A DNA stretch of 64,000 nucleotides from Promethearchaeota archaeon. GTDB lineage: Archaea > Asgardarchaeota > Heimdallarchaeia > Hodarchaeales > Hodarchaeaceae. The stretch is from NCBI GenBank assembly GCA_048938105.1, contig JBHLMN010000006.1, positions 1 through 64,000 on the forward strand. The letters are read 5' to 3'. Position numbers and translations under genes: made by a program. This document shows positions 30,302-40,040 of this stretch, in pieces (within the stretch, counting starts at the first letter, position 1; every line of letters begins with the position of its first letter). Below the pieces are notes generated by a model. That model saw only the letters and a program-made list of their open reading frames with translations. It had not been told where the DNA came from and did no database searches.

Positions 30302-31809
30302 CTTAACTTCACCAGAAGTACTGTTCAGGTGGGGGATGAGGGGGGAGACAAAATTTATCTCCAAGACAAAAAAGAGGGAAGGGAAAGAATCATCAGATTA
30401 GAAATGTTGAAAGGGGAATTGATTTTTTGTTAAGTTGGAAACAGTGGTTAAGAAGGCTTATATAAAGGAATGGCTGCAAAATAGCTCAGGTTGGTTGCAT
30501 GGTCACACTCACCTGGAAGGTCACAATCATTCCTACACACCAACAGGAGGAGGTCCTACGGGAATTATCAGAGACGTGTCGGCTCCTGTACAACCATGCT
30601 CTAGCAGAAAGGAAGTATCTTTATGATACCTATGGCTATTGTGTTACTTATAGAGAGCAGCAGAACGCTTTACCACAATTAAAGCAGCTGTTCCCTAGGT
30701 ACACCCAGGTCTACTCCAAAGTCCTCCAAATGACGCTTAAAAAGCTTGACGCTGCGTATAAATCATTTTTTGGGTTACTCAAGAGCGGAGATCATACTGC
30801 GCAGCCACCCACCTTCCGAGGCAAGGATTATTTCTTCACCTTATGTTACAACCAATCGGGTTTCACCATCACAAAAGAGACGATTCGATTCTCTCACAAA
30901 CATCCGAGTCAGATCGAATTGATCTTTCCAGTCCCGTTTGACTTTTCTACTCACCTCATTAAACAGATTGAGATCTTTCACAATCACTATGACAAGCGGT
31001 TCTATTTAGCTGTGACATTTGAACATGAGGATCCTCCTTTCATTGACAATGGGTTGTACCAAGCGTTTGATCTGGGTACGACTAAACATACGGCCATTAA
31101 TCTGCAGGGTAAGTTTCTCGAATCAACAGTCAAGCGTCCTGATAAATATTGGGAACCGAAGATTCGCTCTTTGCAGCGGAGAAGAGATTACTGCAAACAG
31201 GGGAGTCGTAGACACCGATTGTTCACTCAACGGTTGGCCACCATTCAGCGGAAATGTCGAAACCAGACGCGGGACTGGCAACATAAGCAAAGCCTCAACC
31301 TCTTACGGAATACTAAAGCCCGAACCATTGTCGTGGGTGCTCTCTCCCCTAAACAAATGGTTGCCAGTAAAAACAATGGAAAGAGGAAAAAGTATCAGAA
31401 GAGTGTTAACCGTGGTGTACATAACACTGGTCATCTAGGTCGTTTTATCGAATTACTGACCTATAAGGCTAAAAAGTTAGGTAAAAGAGTAACAGTAATT
31501 GATGAGCGTGATACTACGAAAACCTGTGCAGTCTGTGGGCATATAAAAGAGCGGATGCCTCTTTCTGTACGCATTTATCACTGTGAGATGTGTGAAATCG
31601 TCCTCGATCGCGACCATAACTCTGCGATCAACATTATGAAGCGCTTTCTCTCACACAATGCCTTGTGGACGGGCTATCAATCCTTCTTAAGTTGGATTGA
31701 TAATCTACGATACACAGTCAATGGTAAAACGAAAGTCTCCCCTCATCTTGTTGATGAGGGGTTTGGCGAACTCGTAGGAAGCCCCTTGCTTTAGCTGGTG
31801 GTAGTTCAC
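30302..31809 (+). mobile_element. Non-autonomous IS200/IS605-family (IS1341-type) element carrying tnpB only
   Basis: Right end GAAGCCCCTTGCTTTAGCTGGTGGTAGTTCAC ending in TCAC at 31809. Left subterminal hairpin CTTCACC...GGTGGGG at ~30307-30334, preceded by TTTAA (30297-30301, candidate TAM). Visibly GC-richer than its flanks. Left boundary approximate. Confidence 0.8.
30499..31794 (+). CDS. tnpB: RNA-guided endonuclease TnpB
   Basis: N-terminal HTH (CRLLYNHAL), RuvC-I FDLG, RuvC-II region IVVGAL, VIDERDTTKTC, Zn finger CAVC/CEMC, RuvC-III DRDHNSAINI. Confidence 0.95.
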   Translation: MVTLTWKVTIIPTHQQEEVLRELSETCRLLYNHALAERKYLYDTYGYCVTYREQQNALPQLKQLFPRYTQVYSKVLQMTLKKLDAAYKSFFGLLKSGDHTAQPPTFRGKDYFFTLCYNQSGFTITKETIRFSHKHPSQIELIFPVPFDFSTHLIKQIEIFHNHYDKRFYLAVTFEHEDPPFIDNGLYQAFDLGTTKHTAINLQGKFLESTVKRPDKYWEPKIRSLQRRRDYCKQGSRRHRLFTQRLATIQRKCRNQTRDWQHKQSLNLLRNTKARTIVVGALSPKQMVASKNNGKRKKYQKSVNRGVHNTGHLGRFIELLTYKAKKLGKRVTVIDERDTTKTCAVCGHIKERMPLSVRIYHCEMCEIVLDRDHNSAINIMKRFLSHNALWTGYQSFLSWIDNLRYTVNGKTKVSPHLVDEGFGELVGSPLL

Positions 31810-31829
31810 TATTGAGATCAATTATGATA
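31640..31829 (+). ncRNA. Predicted TnpB omegaRNA (reRNA): scaffold overlapping the tnpB 3' end plus flanking guide
   Basis: Perfect hairpin CCCCTCATC-TTGTT-GATGAGGGG (31739-31761), right-end hairpin, then guide from 31810 (TATTGAGATCAATTATGATA). 5' boundary is a guess from known TnpB architecture. Confidence 0.6.
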
Positions 31830-31962
31830 TGAAAACTCATATCCAAGAATTTAATGCAAAACTGAAATAAAATTTTCCCAAATTTAGTCAAATCTGATGT
31901 TCATTTTATAACATTATGACTAAAACGAAAAAATTACATTTTTATCTAAGTGGTGATCCTAT

Positions 31963-34266
31963 ATGACCAATATTAAGTCTCTATTGTCACAACTAACTTT
32001 AGAAGAGAAAGCAGCCCTTTGTACAGGCTTAGGCCCATGGCAGACTGTCGATGTTGAACGACTTGAAATTCCCAGGATTACAATGAGCGATGGCCCTCAT
32101 GGAGTACGGAAAACTCAAAACATAGAGGAATTTGGATTAGCTGAAAGCGTTCCTGCAACATGTTATCCTCCAGCAGTAGCTTTAGCAGCAACTTGGAACA
32201 GAGAGCTAATTCATAAGGTTGGGGAACATTTAGGAGACGAATGTATTTCTTTAGATGTGGATATATTACTTGGTCCAGGAGTCAACATAAAACGAACACC
32301 GTTATGTGGACGTAATTTTGAATATTATTCTGAAGATCCATATCTAGCGGGAGAAATGGGAATTGTATTTGTAAAGGGAGTTCAGAGTAAGGGTGTTGGG
32401 ACCTCATTAAAACATTACACAGCAAATAATCAAGAATATGAAAGGTTCACAATTAGCGCAGAAATCGATGAACGTACGTTAAGAGAAATTTACTTGCCAG
32501 CTTTTGAGAATATCGTAAAAGAAGCACAACCAATGACTGTTATGTGCGCTTATAATAAAATTAATGGAATCTTTGCCTCTGAGCATAATGATCTCTTAAC
32601 TAGAATATTGAAATCTGAATGGAACCTTAATGGATTTGTTGTTTCCGATTGGGGGGCAGTTCATGACCGTGTTGCTGCACTCAAAGGAGGATTAGATTTA
32701 CAAATGCCTGGTCCCAACGATAAAGACGTCCAAAGTGTTATTGAGGCTGTTAAGAATAATGCATTAGATGAAAAAGTCTTGGATCAAGCTGTTGAACGTA
32801 TTTTGAAGATTATTTTTAAAGCGATAGTGACTAAAAAAGGTCACACAAAATTCGATAAGGAGAAACATCATGAATTTGCTCGTAAAGTAGCAACAGAAGG
32901 CATAATCTTACTTAAAAATGAAAATAATGTTTTACCAATTAAAGAAACATCCTCAATAGCAATAATTGGACGGATGGCGAAAGAACCTCGATTCCAAGGT
33001 GGAGGTAGTTCTCTAATTAATCCTACGAAAGTTGATATTCCCTTTGAAGAGATTAAAAAATTAATGGGAGATAATGCACCTCTTAAATACGCAGAAGGTT
33101 ACACCAAAAAAGGGATAGACAAAGTATTAATCGATGAAGCTTGTGATGTAGCCAAACAATCAGACATCGTAATATTATTCTCTGGTTTACCTTTTGAGCA
33201 TGAATCTGAAGGTTTTGATCGGAAAACGATCAATATACCTGATAGCCATGTAGAACTAATAAAAGCAGTTGCAAAGGTAAATCCCAAAATCATAATTGTT
33301 TTAAGTAATGGTTCTGCTATTAGTATGTCTCAATGGATTAATGACGTTCCAGCTGTTGTCGAAGCTTATTTACTTGGACAGGCTGCTGGAGGAGCAATTG
33401 CTGATGTCTTGTTTGGAAAAGTAACTCCGTCAGGAAAATTAGCTGAAACTTTCCCACAAAGACTAGAGCATAATCCTGCTCATGTGAACTATCCTGGAGA
33501 AGCTGGAAAAGTAAGATATGGCGAGGGACTCTATGTGGGTTATCGATATTACGATAAAAAAGAGATCGAACCTCTATTCCCTTTTGGATATGGATTAAGC
33601 TATACAACATTTACTTACTCGAACTTAACAGTCTCCAGTGCATCATTTAGGGATATTGAGGGTGTAACTGTAACTGTTGATATAACTAATACGGGAAATG
33701 TTCCAGGAAAGGAGATTGTGCAACTATACATACACCAAGTCAACCCTAAAGTCGATAGACCTAATAAAGAGTTAAAAGGCTTTAGTAAGGTTGAATTACA
33801 ACCTAACGAAACGAAAACAGCTACTTTCCACTTGGACTCACACTCTTTCGCTCATTACAATATTAGTTACAAATCATGGGTTTGGGATGATGGGAAATAT
33901 GACATTTTAATTGGAGCATCATCAAGAGATATTCGATTACGTACTACTGTAATTTTGAAATCCACACAACAATTACCTAGTATCTTAAATATGGAATCTA
34001 CAATGCGTGATTGGCTTAATGACCCAAAAGGAAAACCAATAATCGATGAAATGATAGCTCAACGAGTGAATTTCATCAAAAAGCAAGATCCTGATCGAGA
34101 AATTGATGAAAAACAAGTTGAAGAAGATCTATTCAAATGGGGATTAGATATGCCATTATTATACTTATTTAAATTTGCTGAAAAGGATCTTCCTATGTCT
34201 GCTGAAGATCTTGTGAAAAGCCTATTAGCTCGAGTAGGGGTTAACAAAAAAGAAAAGTCGATTTAA
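31963..34266 (+). CDS. GH3 beta-glucosidase with Fn3-like domain
   Basis: SDGPHGVR, GRNFEYYSEDP, KHY, VSDWG, ESEGFDR, LFPFGYGLSYT. Confidence 0.95.
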   Translation: MTNIKSLLSQLTLEEKAALCTGLGPWQTVDVERLEIPRITMSDGPHGVRKTQNIEEFGLAESVPATCYPPAVALAATWNRELIHKVGEHLGDECISLDVDILLGPGVNIKRTPLCGRNFEYYSEDPYLAGEMGIVFVKGVQSKGVGTSLKHYTANNQEYERFTISAEIDERTLREIYLPAFENIVKEAQPMTVMCAYNKINGIFASEHNDLLTRILKSEWNLNGFVVSDWGAVHDRVAALKGGLDLQMPGPNDKDVQSVIEAVKNNALDEKVLDQAVERILKIIFKAIVTKKGHTKFDKEKHHEFARKVATEGIILLKNENNVLPIKETSSIAIIGRMAKEPRFQGGGSSLINPTKVDIPFEEIKKLMGDNAPLKYAEGYTKKGIDKVLIDEACDVAKQSDIVILFSGLPFEHESEGFDRKTINIPDSHVELIKAVAKVNPKIIIVLSNGSAISMSQWINDVPAVVEAYLLGQAAGGAIADVLFGKVTPSGKLAETFPQRLEHNPAHVNYPGEAGKVRYGEGLYVGYRYYDKKEIEPLFPFGYGLSYTTFTYSNLTVSSASFRDIEGVTVTVDITNTGNVPGKEIVQLYIHQVNPKVDRPNKELKGFSKVELQPNETKTATFHLDSHSFAHYNISYKSWVWDDGKYDILIGASSRDIRLRTTVILKSTQQLPSILNMESTMRDWLNDPKGKPIIDEMIAQRVNFIKKQDPDREIDEKQVEEDLFKWGLDMPLLYLFKFAEKDLPMSAEDLVKSLLARVGVNKKEKSI

Positions 34267-34314
34267 TTTAATAACAATCGCATTACACCTGATGTGTCAA
34301 ATGTAAAAGTTAAA

Positions 34315-34340
34315 AAACTCCTATCTAAAAGTAGGAGTTT
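34315..34340. terminator. Hairpin between convergent GH3 and GH5 genes
   Basis: AAACTCCTA-N8-TAGGAGTTT inverted repeat. Confidence 0.45.
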
Positions 34341-34379
34341 CACCATGGAGGATGATATATTCCGTATTTAAGAAAATGA

Positions 34380-35729
34380 TTAAATTTTCACATATGTTTT
34401 GATAATATCAATGATCGCGGGCCATTGGTCGCAATTCTCAAAAAGAAAAGACTCTGGGTAAGTCATCAGTTCCTCAACAGGTATTTTTTGAAAGATATCG
34501 TTGTAACGATTACATAATACTAGTTGATTGTTTGCTAATAAACGAAAATTGAGCTTCCGCTGGAGTCCCTTTGGTAAATGGGTTAAATCCATATTTTTCA
34601 GCACATCATTCGAAATTAGATATTTTTGGAACTCTTCTTCAAATCTCCATTCTCCTAACGCAAGGGTTGAAAATTTCATCCATAGAGAATCAGTTTTAGG
34701 ATGGATACATCCCATGCTTCTTGCATCTTTATAAGTCCAAATAGACCAGGATATATCATGTTTCTCTAAAACTGCAATTGTGTCACGCAACAATGATTCG
34801 TGTACTTTGCGATCGCCTTTTTTCAACGAAATTCCAGTTTCACCACACCATAGAGGACGTTTTAATACATTTTTAACATAACTAATTTCACCATCCCCAA
34901 AAATGGCCTTTTCAATTTGATTTACTTGTTCATTTCTCCTCTTTTCTTGGTTTATTACTAAATTGTCAGTGAATATCCAGGGATAATAATGGAATGAAAA
35001 GGCAACATTTGGATCTTCATAAGGGGTATAATCTGAAAAAAAATGTGCATAAAAATCTCCTTCAATAAAGAAAACATGATTTTTATCTACTTTTCGTAAT
35101 TCTTTCACTAAATCGTGATAGAAATTATCAACAATCTTCCCTTTAAGTTCATAATAGCATGGTTCATTCATTAAATCATATGCTGCGATCCATGGATTAG
35201 TACTGTAATGACTACCAATATATTTCCATAATTGGATTACTCTTTGCTGGAATTCCTTATGTTCCCAAAACAAAGCTTCTCCTGTTGTATTATCTGAGTG
35301 CCAATCTGGATTTTGGCCACCTGGTGCTGCATGAAGGTCTAGAATTACATAAATGTTGTACTTCTCACATAATTTCAGAATACGATCAAACTGTTCAAAA
35401 CCATTTGGATCATAAGAATAAGGCTTCAAGTCGGATTCAAAAAGATGATAATTAAATGAAAGCCTAATGGAATTAATACCAATTGCATTAAGGAACTGAA
35501 AATCTCTTTCATTAATATAGCAATTGTAGTACTTTTCCCAGAATTTATTGGCTTTTTCTAGCCCATATGCTCGTTTAAGAGCTCCTCTTAATTGGGATTC
35601 TGATCCAGGAAGACCAATCATAAAATGCTCTATGTTCAACCAGTTTCCAAATCCAAATCCTCTGAATGTAATTTTCTCCCTATTTATAACAAAATTTGGA
35701 CCATCTACTTTAATAAAGCTAGGATTCAT
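34380..35729 (-). CDS. GH5 glycoside hydrolase
   Basis: GNWLNIEHF, DLHAAPGGQNPDWHSDN, NEP, HYY, GETG. Confidence 0.9.
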   Translation of the reverse strand: MNPSFIKVDGPNFVINREKITFRGFGFGNWLNIEHFMIGLPGSESQLRGALKRAYGLEKANKFWEKYYNCYINERDFQFLNAIGINSIRLSFNYHLFESDLKPYSYDPNGFEQFDRILKLCEKYNIYVILDLHAAPGGQNPDWHSDNTTGEALFWEHKEFQQRVIQLWKYIGSHYSTNPWIAAYDLMNEPCYYELKGKIVDNFYHDLVKELRKVDKNHVFFIEGDFYAHFFSDYTPYEDPNVAFSFHYYPWIFTDNLVINQEKRRNEQVNQIEKAIFGDGEISYVKNVLKRPLWCGETGISLKKGDRKVHESLLRDTIAVLEKHDISWSIWTYKDARSMGCIHPKTDSLWMKFSTLALGEWRFEEEFQKYLISNDVLKNMDLTHLPKGLQRKLNFRLLANNQLVLCNRYNDIFQKIPVEELMTYPESFLFENCDQWPAIIDIIKTYVKI

Positions 35730-36100
35730 TACTTATTCTCCTCTTTCACACAATTATAGAAGTAATTTAAGAAATTTTCTCGAAAAAGAGGAGATAATCT
35801 GATCTCAAGAGAAGCTACTGCATTATCATTTATTTACCAGAAGAAAGATAAAGGTTGTAATAATAAATTGAAACCAAATGAATGGATAAATATTCGAACA
35901 TTTATTCAAAAGAATAAGTATTAACTTCATCTACTTTTATGATATTTAATTCCTTTCTTTCTAAGAAATAATTTTATAAGATTATTTTTTATTGTGTACT
36001 TTAATATAGAAATGGAAATTATCAAAGACTCAATAATCAAGAATGGAAAAATCAAATAATAAAATATAAATTTAAGAATAGATTATTTATGGTTTAGAAA

Positions 36101-36982
36101 ATGGGTAAAAAAAAGAACCAACCTCAACAACAGGCATCAAAACCTTGGTTTTGGGATTTTTTTGTACGAAATGCATCCAAATTTATTCCAAGTTTTATGA
36201 TTCCGCCAAATGAAATGGTACAAGTTTTAGGATTTATTCTTTTGTTCCCTATTTGTTTTATTGTTTGTTCATATTTTGTTATTGAAATAATAAATGAATT
36301 GATTTTCCTCGGAATAGGCAATATGAACCTACCATTAACACCAGTTACTATAAAAGCTATTCTCCTATTAGTAATAGAAATCCTCTTGATTATTAAAATT
36401 CAGGGTAAGAATTTATCTATTCCAAAGAAAGATTTAGTAACAAGTGACTATTTAGTGTTAAAAAAGCTAGTTGCCCAATTAAAAGTCCGTTTTTACCCTA
36501 ATAGGATTGAAATCGAACAAGGACGTATAATTAAACTCGATGCATCTTTCATTGATCTAAAAATATTCCCCCAAATGATTTGTGATTTATCTCATTTAAG
36601 ATATTTAATTCTATCCTCAAACAAGTTAGTATCTCTCCCCACAGAACTAGGCTCCTTAAAAAACCTCACAGATCTAAATTTAAATCATAACCAATTAACT
36701 ACTCTTCCTGAGACAATTGGACAATTACCAAACCTTCAAACTCTGAAATTGAGTGATAATAAGCTAAGTTCTATCCCTAAAACACTTGGACAGCTATCGA
36801 ACCTTCAAAAGTTGTCCGTTAAAAACAATAAAATTAATTTTCTCCAGAAGACAGTTTTGAAACAAGTAAAGTTACAGGAATTAGATATAAGAAGGAACCC
36901 ATTATCCAAAACGGCTTTGAAGGTATTACAGGAATTGAAACAAGATGGTGTCCAAATTCGAACAGATGCTGTTTATAATTAA
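36101..36982 (+). CDS. Membrane-anchored leucine-rich-repeat protein
   Basis: Two N-terminal TM segments, then ~5 repeats of 23 aa (LxxLxLxxNxLxxLPxxIGxLxx). Confidence 0.88.
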   Translation: MGKKKNQPQQQASKPWFWDFFVRNASKFIPSFMIPPNEMVQVLGFILLFPICFIVCSYFVIEIINELIFLGIGNMNLPLTPVTIKAILLLVIEILLIIKIQGKNLSIPKKDLVTSDYLVLKKLVAQLKVRFYPNRIEIEQGRIIKLDASFIDLKIFPQMICDLSHLRYLILSSNKLVSLPTELGSLKNLTDLNLNHNQLTTLPETIGQLPNLQTLKLSDNKLSSIPKTLGQLSNLQKLSVKNNKINFLQKTVLKQVKLQELDIRRNPLSKTALKVLQELKQDGVQIRTDAVYN

Positions 36983-37352
36983 AAATTTTAATAGAATAGC
37001 ACTATGATTTTATTAAATTATTTAACTAAAAGATGGTAGGAAGTCAGAGTTTACCAACTCAAGGTTGATTGGATGAAATATCTCTTGATGACCTAGGAGA
37101 AATAACCATACTCATAAGATTGATCCCCAATTTTATAAATGCTAGTTACATATTGTTGCTATTTTGTGTATAAAAATGTAAAATCTTTGAAACACCTTTT
37201 ATTAAGAAATTTAGTGAAAATCTCAATAATTATCATGAAAAACTGTTATTGTTGAGTAGCTCCAAACTTTATTGATAAAAAGAATTCCTTTCCATTTTAA
37301 CGAATATGCGGTGCATAAAACTAAGAATGAACAGGTTATACTTGCTTTGGAA

Positions 37353-38479
37353 TTATATAAAGGATTGAAAATGTCTTAAAATGGTTGTAACAAGTAGAAA
37401 TCCTATTGACTCCACAGTTCTTGTATTATCGTTTCCCAATATTGACATACTGAGTTTAAGGGAAGGGAAATGCGCAACAGCTGAAGTATAACCGAAAATT
37501 GAACCTGTATGTAACCAATACTTCAATTTACCTAAGTTACCCTCACCAATTCCTAAACCATAACCATCCATCCAATCCTCTCCTGGTGTTGGGTAATAAA
37601 AAGATAATATTTCCTTTAATGAGCTTTTTTTTATAACTCTATCACGAAAGAGATCATCAAACCACTTTGCGAGGTCTGTGGCATTCGAGTACATTTCACC
37701 ATAAGCCCATGTAGCAATCGCTTTTCTGGGTTCAGTCATGAGATCATCCAAAATTCCATTCTGGTTTAAATCAAACCAATTATGAGCAAGTGGAAATTCA
37801 GGGGGAATTGTTTCATGATAATCGAAAAATATGCTCCTGAGGCCGAGTGGATCTAAAAATCGGTGTCGAATTTCATGGAACACTGTTGAGTGTGTTATAG
37901 ATTCTATAATCATAGTAAGCAATAAGTAATTTGTTGAAGAGTAGTGCCATCCTTGACCAGGAGAAAAGTAAGGTTTTTTAGTAAGGTTGTAATAATTTCT
38001 TCTGGTGTCCATACTTTTGTCAAATCAAAAGAGGAGAGTCGTTTTCTGTCATAAGAATCTGGATGTTCAACATAATCAAATATCCCACTTGTGTGGTTTA
38101 AAAGCTGACGAATAGTAGTCATTGAATTTATGTTTCTATAAGCAGGAAGCCAATTATGTATTTTATCGTCTAAAGAGAGTTTTTTCTCTTCAACCAACTT
38201 TAAAATAAGAGCAGCTATGAAATTTTTACTAATACTTCCGATATAAAATAAAGTATTAGGTTTTATTGGCTCTGATTTTAGTGGATCCGACAGACCACTG
38301 GTACCAACCCAAACTTCTTGATTTGAAAAAATAATAGCAGCAGATACACCTATTCCTTTACAAGCTTTCAATTCTTGATCTAATATATTCTGCATTTCAT
38401 AAGAAAGAGACTCACTGGTTTCAATGCAGCAATTGTGTTCATTAAACAATTTATGTACCAAGAATATTATACATTCCAT
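37353..38479 (-). pseudogene. Serine hydrolase (beta-lactamase/PBP family) split by one -1 frameshift
   Basis: 5' ORF has SISK and HTSGI. 3' ORF has YSSTNY and HTG. The frames join at the A6 run at 37974-37979; the fused product would be ~375 aa. Confidence 0.85.
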
Positions 38480-38753
38480 CTATAGAAAGGAAAGGAATTT
38501 GTAGCTCTATTTCTCTTTTTACGTCTTATATACCTTAAAAATTCGCTATGAATTTCACTATTCGGTTTTTTCTTATTTTCTACATGTCTTTCGTTCTTGT
38601 AAAATTTACGAACGAATTTTTTAGGATTAAAGTAGCTCAACATACGAATTACCTCAACTAGTCAATCAAATTGTAATTTTATTACATTTTACTAATTTAT
38701 GTATGATTTTTACACGAATCTTTATAAAAATATATTTTGAGGCAATCAATAAA

Positions 38754-38957
38754 AAAAAATTAGCTATTGAATTAAAATACTTAAATATTCTAGTCTTTTC
38801 TGTTAACCCAGGTTAGGTGAAGATGGATTTAGGAGGCCTAAATGCTCCATTATCAATAGAAGAAGGTATTAAAACTCCAATCTTTTTGGTAACAGAGAAA
38901 GCTGGTAATTTATAAATAGGAGAATATTATAAGGAAAAGAAGATACTAGATTGGTGA
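38754..38957 (+). pseudogene. C-terminal remnant of a carbonyl-reductase-like SDR
   Basis: One frame reads KKLAIELKYLNILVFSVNPG*VKMDLGGLNAPLSIEEGIKTPIFLVTEKAGNL*IGEYYKEKKILDW*. This matches the SDR tail PGWVKTDMGG.AP.S.EEG, with two in-frame stops and no N-terminus. Confidence 0.8.
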
Positions 38958-39051
38958 GTTCTTTTGAATGATTTTGTATAAGTAGATGTGTTACCTATCT
39001 ATGACTAGTAATTAGTAGATTAAGAGTGCCCAGCATATTCTAACTATCACC

Positions 39052-39777
39052 TTACTTTGGTAATTCCAACGTTTCTAAAGTTTCCTTAATCCATTGTGTG
39101 AAAGTGATTTTCTCCTTTATGATTTCATTGACCTGAGTTATATATTCTTGTGCAGCATTTTCAGTAGGAATAATCAAAAAGGCATTTTTATTCTCGATAG
39201 GTTGTAAACAAATCATTGGTTTCTTTAATCCAGAAGCATCATCAGCTGATGCAAGCTCTAGCTCTAAAATATATAGAAAATCTTTAGCTTTCACGTCATT
39301 AAATCTATATTTCACCATATTTTCATCTGGGGCTAAATCAAGTAATACATGACTCCATTCTGTAATCCAGTACTGATCAGTAAACCAGTATTCAAGATAC
39401 TCTTTACGATGGGCACGAAGCTCGCTAAGTACTACAAAGTAGCGTATCATACCCTCCCGTACTTTTTTCATCAATTCAAGACCAGATTTATCATAAAACT
39501 GGGGATATTTCGCTCTTTCTTCACTTAAGAGAACCATTACTCTGATGATTTCTTCCAGCTGTCTATCACTGCTAATCGGGACATATTTCGAAACTTTCGT
39601 TAACCATGCTATAGTATGGGTAATATCGTCTGCACTTGCTTTTTTACCACGTATAGATGTTAATTTTGACCCGATAGTAGCTCTATTTTTGATTAAACGC
39701 TCTCCTTCCTTACTCATAATTTCCTGTCGTCTTTTTCTCCAATTTTCAATTTCTGCTAAATACCTAAGAGTCTCCAT
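39052..39777 (-). CDS. Hypothetical protein
   Basis: Long ORF. The GTG at 39789 lies inside a GGTGA RBS, so ATG 39777 is preferred. Confidence 0.7.
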   Translation of the reverse strand: METLRYLAEIENWRKRRQEIMSKEGERLIKNRATIGSKLTSIRGKKASADDITHTIAWLTKVSKYVPISSDRQLEEIIRVMVLLSEERAKYPQFYDKSGLELMKKVREGMIRYFVVLSELRAHRKEYLEYWFTDQYWITEWSHVLLDLAPDENMVKYRFNDVKAKDFLYILELELASADDASGLKKPMICLQPIENKNAFLIIPTENAAQEYITQVNEIIKEKITFTQWIKETLETLELPK

Positions 39778-40040
39778 TATGTAAATCACCTAATTTGTGA
39801 TTATCATGACTTGGATAAGATATTTATTTCTGTTAGCTCAATTTTAAGCCAATGTTTATTGATTTTACATACAATTTTAACAGCATTCTAGATATTACCT
39901 AATGTAAATCTCGAATATATTTTTTTTTCTGATGGGAATTATGAAAAATCTTAACAGAAACCACGATATTTTATTATTTGTGCATTATTGAATATTTTTC
40001 ACAAACAAACTAACTAACATTAGTTAAACATTTTTAATGT

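Noticed and set aside
30499-31794. TnpB as a catalytically dead TldR or as a Cas12f
   Set aside because: An alternative Glu and both aspartates are present, transposon ends are intact, and there is no CRISPR array.
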